64,000 bases of DNA. Source: Felis catus. Its lineage: Eukaryota. Both the position numbers and the translations under genes were made by a program. The notes beneath the pieces were generated by a model. That model saw nothing but the letters and a program-made list of their open reading frames with translations, was not told the DNA's origin and ran no database searches. Positions 59,983-64,000 of this stretch are shown one piece after another (within the stretch, counting starts at the first letter, position 1; the number at the start of each line of letters is the position of its first letter). Location of the stretch: positions 17,238,001-17,302,000 of the forward strand of contig NC_058369.1 in the NCBI RefSeq assembly GCF_018350175.1, read 5' to 3'.

Positions 59983-62910
59983 CCTCCACTGCTTGCACCC
60001 TCTCTCTCTCTCTTTCTCTCTCTCTCAAAATAAGCAAACTTTAAAAATAAATCAATAAATAAAAAATAAAAATAAAAGCTGCATGGACAAGAAAGAACAG
60101 TGCTGACGGAGGCCCAAGTATCAGTGTTGGAGTCAGACCCAAGTTCAAATACTAGCTCTGTGACTTACTGGCACTGGACCTTAGGAAGGTTATTTCATTG
60201 AGCCATGAAATGAGAAGATGAATATCCACATCATGGGTTGCTGAGAGAGAGGAGTGAAGGAATTAACAGGCATAAAGATACCAGTACACTGCACTTCGTT
60301 TTTATTATTACTGCAGAGTAAAAGTTCACTATACACTGCGCCCCTGCCACTGTCCTGTCAGCCCCAGGATTTGTTGTACCATAGCTCTAGTCACTTTCCC
60401 TCTATTCGCTCTCTCTCTTTTTAATGTTTATTTTATTTTTTATTTATTTTTTCAACTTTAAAAATTTATTTTGCGAGAGAGTGCAAGCATGGGAGGGGCA
60501 GAGAGAGGGAGAGAGAATCCCAAGCAGGCTCCCCCACTGTCAGTGCAGAGTCCGATGCCAGGCTCAAACCCATGAACCGTGAGATCATGATCTGAGCCAA
60601 AATCAAGAACCGGACGCTTAACCGACTAAGCCACCCAAGCGCCCCTAATGTTTATTTTTGAGAGAGCGCAGTGGGGGAGGGGCAGAGAGAGGGGGACAGA
60701 GTATCTGAAGCAGGCTCTGCACTGACAGCAGTGAGCCTGATGTGGGGCTTGAACTCACTCATGAACCGGGAGATCATGACCTGAGCCGAAGTCAGACACT
60801 TAACCAACTGAGCCACCCAGGTGCCTTTCCCTCTGCCCTCTTATGCAAATAAATTGTCTTCTAACAGTTAAGAAAAGCAGTCAACTGGGTAAATCAGGGT
60901 CAGAAAGCTTCATGAGATTTTTATCATTCTTAATCTATGATAGGGTTTCTCATAGAAATTCTTGGCCATAGCAATTTCTTGGCCAAGGTTCCAGCCTATT
61001 CTACAATTCCTAGGTTCCACCAATTTTCTTTACAAGATTAGATTGGTACACTACCATTTTAACATGGGAAACTATTTCCCACCATGAATTTAAAGAATAA
61101 CACCAAGCTGACCTAAAGGCCCTTCTCAAATAAAACAAAATGTTAAGAAAGAAAGCCACAGACGCCATCTGCCCTTCTAGGACAATCCTGTGAAGCCACT
61201 GCTGCCCAAATTGACTGATTTCTAGGCAATAATGTGGGTGACCTGAAAAACTGGAAAACTGCAGAGGGAGAGAGGGGGCCCAATGTCAAAAGCAAAGGAA
61301 ATTGTCACATGATGTTGGAACCTACAGAGATCAGTCAGAAGAGCTTTATCCAAAAAAGTAATGGGTAAAAATCACTTCTGTAGGAGGATTAAAGAGAAAG
61401 ACAAGAAACCAAATTTTAGGAATTTGATGGGAGAATTCTACCAAAAAGGGGTTAATCTAACGGGGTGTGGAGTGGGGCAAACTGGCTAACAAGTGTTCAA
61501 ACCGTGAAGAGCAGGAGGGTCTGGGAGAAAGGAAAAGAAACCCAAGCAGATGCAGTATTGCCTCCAGGCAGGGGCAGGGAAAGGTACAAGGTCTGAAAGG
61601 CCTTCAGATGTTATGGCTGCATCCTGGGCCCCAAATGATTTTCAAGTCGCCTTTCCCCACTTCCCCCAATTCCAGCAGCTTGATTCCGCTGTCTGGGAGC
61701 AATGAGAGCCGATCGGACACTCCGAGGGGAGAACTTTTCCCTGGCAGAGTGCTTAGGTGGCCACTTACCTTAGGTTTTGCGTCTTTTGAAGGTAAGGTGG
61801 AAGGCCTGGCAGTGGTGGCGGCAGGGCGTTTGGGCGGGGCAGCCGGCACTAAGCCCGCAGCGAGGCTCATGGGTTTTTTATTCGACCCACCAAAGGTGGC
61901 GGGAGCCGGCTGCTTGGGGAGAGGAGTGGGCTGAGTTTTGGCTTTCGATGTTGAAGTCTTTGCAGGTTGAGTGGTGGCCAAAGGCTTTAAGTTGATTTGT
62001 TGGTGGTGGTTTTTTTTTTTTTTTTAAAGGTCAACATCAAACACACAAACAAAAATAAAAACAAATTAAAAAAAAAAGTATAAATTGCACAATTCAAAGT
62101 AAAATTATAAGCAATGAGGATCTATGCAACTGAAAAGCAGCATTCCGTTCTTCTGAGCTTGGTAAATAGTGGAAAGAAACCATGAGAGAAAGAAAACTGG
62201 GAGTTCATTCTTACTGTCTCACAAATTCTAGCAGTTTGGCACCTGAAGACTTAAATTCAGTGACAGCTTTAAACAGTTAAGTAGCTTTTGGTGGCTGCTA
62301 TAATAGTTTTAGGAGGAAAAGCCACCAGCAGGTGATTAAGCTGTTATTATTTGTACCTTGATGAGGCAACATCAGCATCGTTTTAGGACCACACTGAAGT
62401 GTGGCATTTCTACTCTGCAGTAAGTACCAGTAAGTGTCTGAAGCCTTGATCCACCTTAAAAATCTGTTTTCCCTTTTCATGAATGCAGATTGCAGAATTT
62501 ATTTCCAAATAGTTTTGCAAATCCCTTTATTGTTGTTGTTAAGGGAAGCAGAAACACCCTCTACAGAATATTTCTACACATATTCAAGATGATGGGGTCA
62601 AGGGAAGAGATTTTAAGGGTTGAGTTAGGCTACTATGGTAAAATAGGAATATAAAATATTTTCTAAGAAGGTCCAAAACTGGGGAAGGACCTACTAATAG
62701 CTCAGAAAAAAGAAATTCCATTCACAATCCAAGCAACAGTAGCAGAAGGTATGGTTTTAAAAAATGATATTGGTAGAAGAGAACCCAGCATTCCGGCACC
62801 TACCTTTGTTTTCTTCTCTGGGCTTGGTGGGAGCTCCTTGTTTGGAGGGGCGGTGATGTCATTTCCGGTCACACTCCCAGCAGGCCGTCCTTCTTCAGGC
62901 TTACTTATTC
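43462..62910 (-). CDS. MAP4: MAP4, microtubule-associated protein 4; 3' part of the CDS (5' exons lie outside the window)
   Basis: Minus-strand exons 62910-62804, 61984-61769, 58089-57906, 57354-57295, 57178-56886, 55553-55440, 53460-53368, 47479-47398, 45798-45686, 43794-43605, 43469-43462. All GT-AG and phase-consistent; tau/MAP repeats with KVGS/KCGS and PGGG motifs; ends ...SQIQETSI*. Confidence 0.96.
43605..43794 (-). CDS. MAP4: MAP4 190-nt acidic-tail exon ([10 protein letters not shown]...SQIQET)
   Basis: cattgtag|ACT ... ACAA|gtaagt. Confidence 0.93.
45686..45798 (-). CDS. MAP4: MAP4 113-nt repeat exon ([38 protein letters not shown])
   Basis: ggtaccag|GT ... AAG|gtagtg. Confidence 0.96.
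47398..47479 (-). CDS. MAP4: MAP4 82-nt repeat exon ([27 protein letters not shown])
   Basis: tttctcag|GTT ... CCTG|gtgagt. Confidence 0.96.
48362..48972 (+). pseudogene. RPL17: Processed pseudogene of ribosomal protein L17, antisense within a MAP4 intron
   Basis: Intronless. 5'-TOP-like CTCTTCCC; start codon degraded (ACA GTT CGC TAT); recognisable [36 protein letters not shown] and QKL.ARE*; multiple frameshifts; AATAAA at 48949. Confidence 0.92.
50818..50945 (+). mobile_element. Short tRNA-like SINE
   Basis: Head cctggctggctcagtcagtggagc...gactcttgatctcaggg; (TAAA)n tail. Confidence 0.75.
51968..52180 (+). mobile_element. CAN-SINE
   Basis: Head, CT-rich tract, A-tail; TSD-like atgtctatttt. 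Confidence 0.88.
53368..53460 (-). CDS. MAP4: MAP4 93-nt cassette repeat exon ([31 protein letters not shown])
   Basis: ctccag|GTC ... AAT|gtaagt; symmetric phase 0; counterpart of tau exon 10. Confidence 0.96.
53711..53762. repeat. Perfect tandem duplication, 2 x 26 bp
   Basis: cctcatcactgctccttggggctggg repeated twice. Confidence 0.95.
55440..55553 (-). CDS. MAP4: MAP4 114-nt cassette exon (degenerate repeat, AKIEKKTEA...PPAGK)
   Basis: catccag|GCC ... AAA|gtgagt; symmetric phase 0. Confidence 0.93.
55745..55817. repeat. Perfect tandem duplication, 2 x 34 bp
   Basis: ggagacacgaggacaagattgagacaccattccc twice, followed by ggaga. Confidence 0.95.
56886..57178 (-). CDS. MAP4: MAP4 exon with repeat R1 ([24 protein letters not shown])
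   Basis: cttcgcag|CT ... CGG|gtgagt; 293 nt. Confidence 0.96.
57295..57354 (-). CDS. MAP4: MAP4 60-nt exon ([19 protein letters not shown])
   Basis: gtgcag|CC ... CCAG|gtgaca. Confidence 0.9.
57906..58089 (-). CDS. MAP4: MAP4 exon ([16 protein letters not shown]...KRPT)
   Basis: ttaccag|CCT ... ACCA|gtgagt; 184 nt. Confidence 0.92.
59805..60077 (+). mobile_element. CAN-SINE with an expanded (CT)n microsatellite
   Basis: TSD aaaagctgcatgg; about 23 CT units at 59934-59979. Confidence 0.93.
60418..60826 (-). mobile_element. Nested - strand CAN-SINEs (one inserted in the tail of the other)
   Basis: TSD taatgtttatttt at about 60422 and 60646. Confidence 0.88.
61769..61984 (-). CDS. MAP4: MAP4 proline-rich exon (PLATTQPAK...DAKPK)
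   Basis: ttaaag|CCT ... AAG|gtaagt; 216 nt. Confidence 0.92.
62804..62910 (-). CDS. MAP4: MAP4 exon ([10 protein letters not shown]...[11 protein letters not shown])
   Basis: cctcttag|GA ... AAG|gtaggt. Confidence 0.92.
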
Positions 62911-63559
62911 CTAAGAGGGGGAACAGTTATGCTAAGCAAATGTTTTTCATACCCATTTCGAAAATGCAAGTCTTAGTGGAGACAGACACTGACTAGCACT
63001 TCAATCTGAACAAAATCCACAGGGCTGTGCTCTGAAATGTGGATAAGACTCCCGAGTTCCTCTCATTGTGTCAGGACCGTTTCAGATTCCACAGATTCAG
63101 GCAGCCTGTCCCTGTGGAGAAGCAACCTAAGTGGGATTTGCACAGATGACCAATGGAAGGAAATGGCCCTTGAAGTTTGGTTTCCCTTCCCTGGAGACCA
63201 GCAAAGGGGCTCTGTCACCCAACCACTAACTCCCGGAGCACACAGGGGACAAAACCCTCTTCTACTAGAGTTTATCTCTTGGAATAAAGGTTGCTGAAAG
63301 ATGGGATAAGAGCCAGAAGATCACCCAATGTCCTCCCCTTATTTCCTTTCCCTGTAAAGCACCACTTTATGGAGGATGTGAGATTAACTTGATCTGGTTC
63401 TAGCAGTGACCCAGATTTCCAATAAGGCCGAGGAGACCCATGAAATCAGACCCAAGGCCAGAAATAGTCTACCACCTAAGGCTATATGCCCAGCAGCACC
63501 ACTGTGGGGACGTAATTCCAGATTTCAATAGGGCTACACCTGAAAGCATTAAAATACCA

Positions 63560-64000
63560 TGAAATTTATAACCTGGGTGTGGGAAAGACCTTTCTAACTG
63601 GCACAAAATCCAGAAGCCAAAGAAGATCAGTCTAAGGAAAAAGTTTCAAAAACTTCAACGACCACAAAAAAGAAAGAAAGAAAAGAAGAAAAGCCAAAAG
63701 GCAAATGATAAACAGGAAAAAAATTTTGAACCTCACATCAAAGACAATGAGCTTATTATATATAAAATACTCCTACAAATCGCTAACTTCTGCAAAAGCC
63801 AATAGCCCACTGGAAAAATGGCCCAAAGGATATGAACACAGTTTACAGAAAAAGAAATACAAACTGAAATACAAATTGAAAATAAAAGATGCCCAATTTT
63901 TCAGAGAAATGAAAATTAAAACCACACTGAGATGCCATTTTTAACCTAACATATTGTCAAAAGTCCTAAAATGTGAAAACAGCCAATGGGGATAATATGA
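63560..64000 (+). mobile_element. Old L1 ORF2 fragment
   Basis: A-rich; gaaaaatggcccaaaggatatgaaca...aaattaaaaccacactgagatgccatttt resembles the L1 ORF2 3' region. Confidence 0.65.

Overview
Mammalian genomic DNA from a felid, judged from many CAN-SINE/SINEC_Fc copies. Bases 1-10,000 are a repeat-dense intergenic stretch. The complete DEAH-box RNA helicase gene DHX30 lies on the + strand: CpG-island promoter at about 10.1-11.3 kb, stop at 40514, and 20 coding exons that join into a 1194-aa ORF. A second CpG island at about 25 kb carries an alternative start exon with a mitochondrial-presequence-like N-terminus. The 3' half of MAP4 converges on it from the - strand (proline-rich region, tau-type microtubule-binding repeats, alternative C-termini), with a full-length decayed RPL17 retrocopy inside one intron. 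The most striking unexplained structure is at the DHX30 5' end: two exons (55 and 96 nt) are open in two reading frames, and a candidate 29-nt microexon appears to choose which frame joins the helicase CDS while terminating the other within 1-3 codons. Also notable: a mirtron-like intron matching human miR-1226, a dual-frame MAP4 last exon encoding a tau-like tail, uORFs, a bidirectional poly(A) signal and a distant-branch-point acceptor. Exon boundaries were read by eye from GT/AG sites and frame continuity. Gene and repeat identities come from recalled sequences, not from searches.
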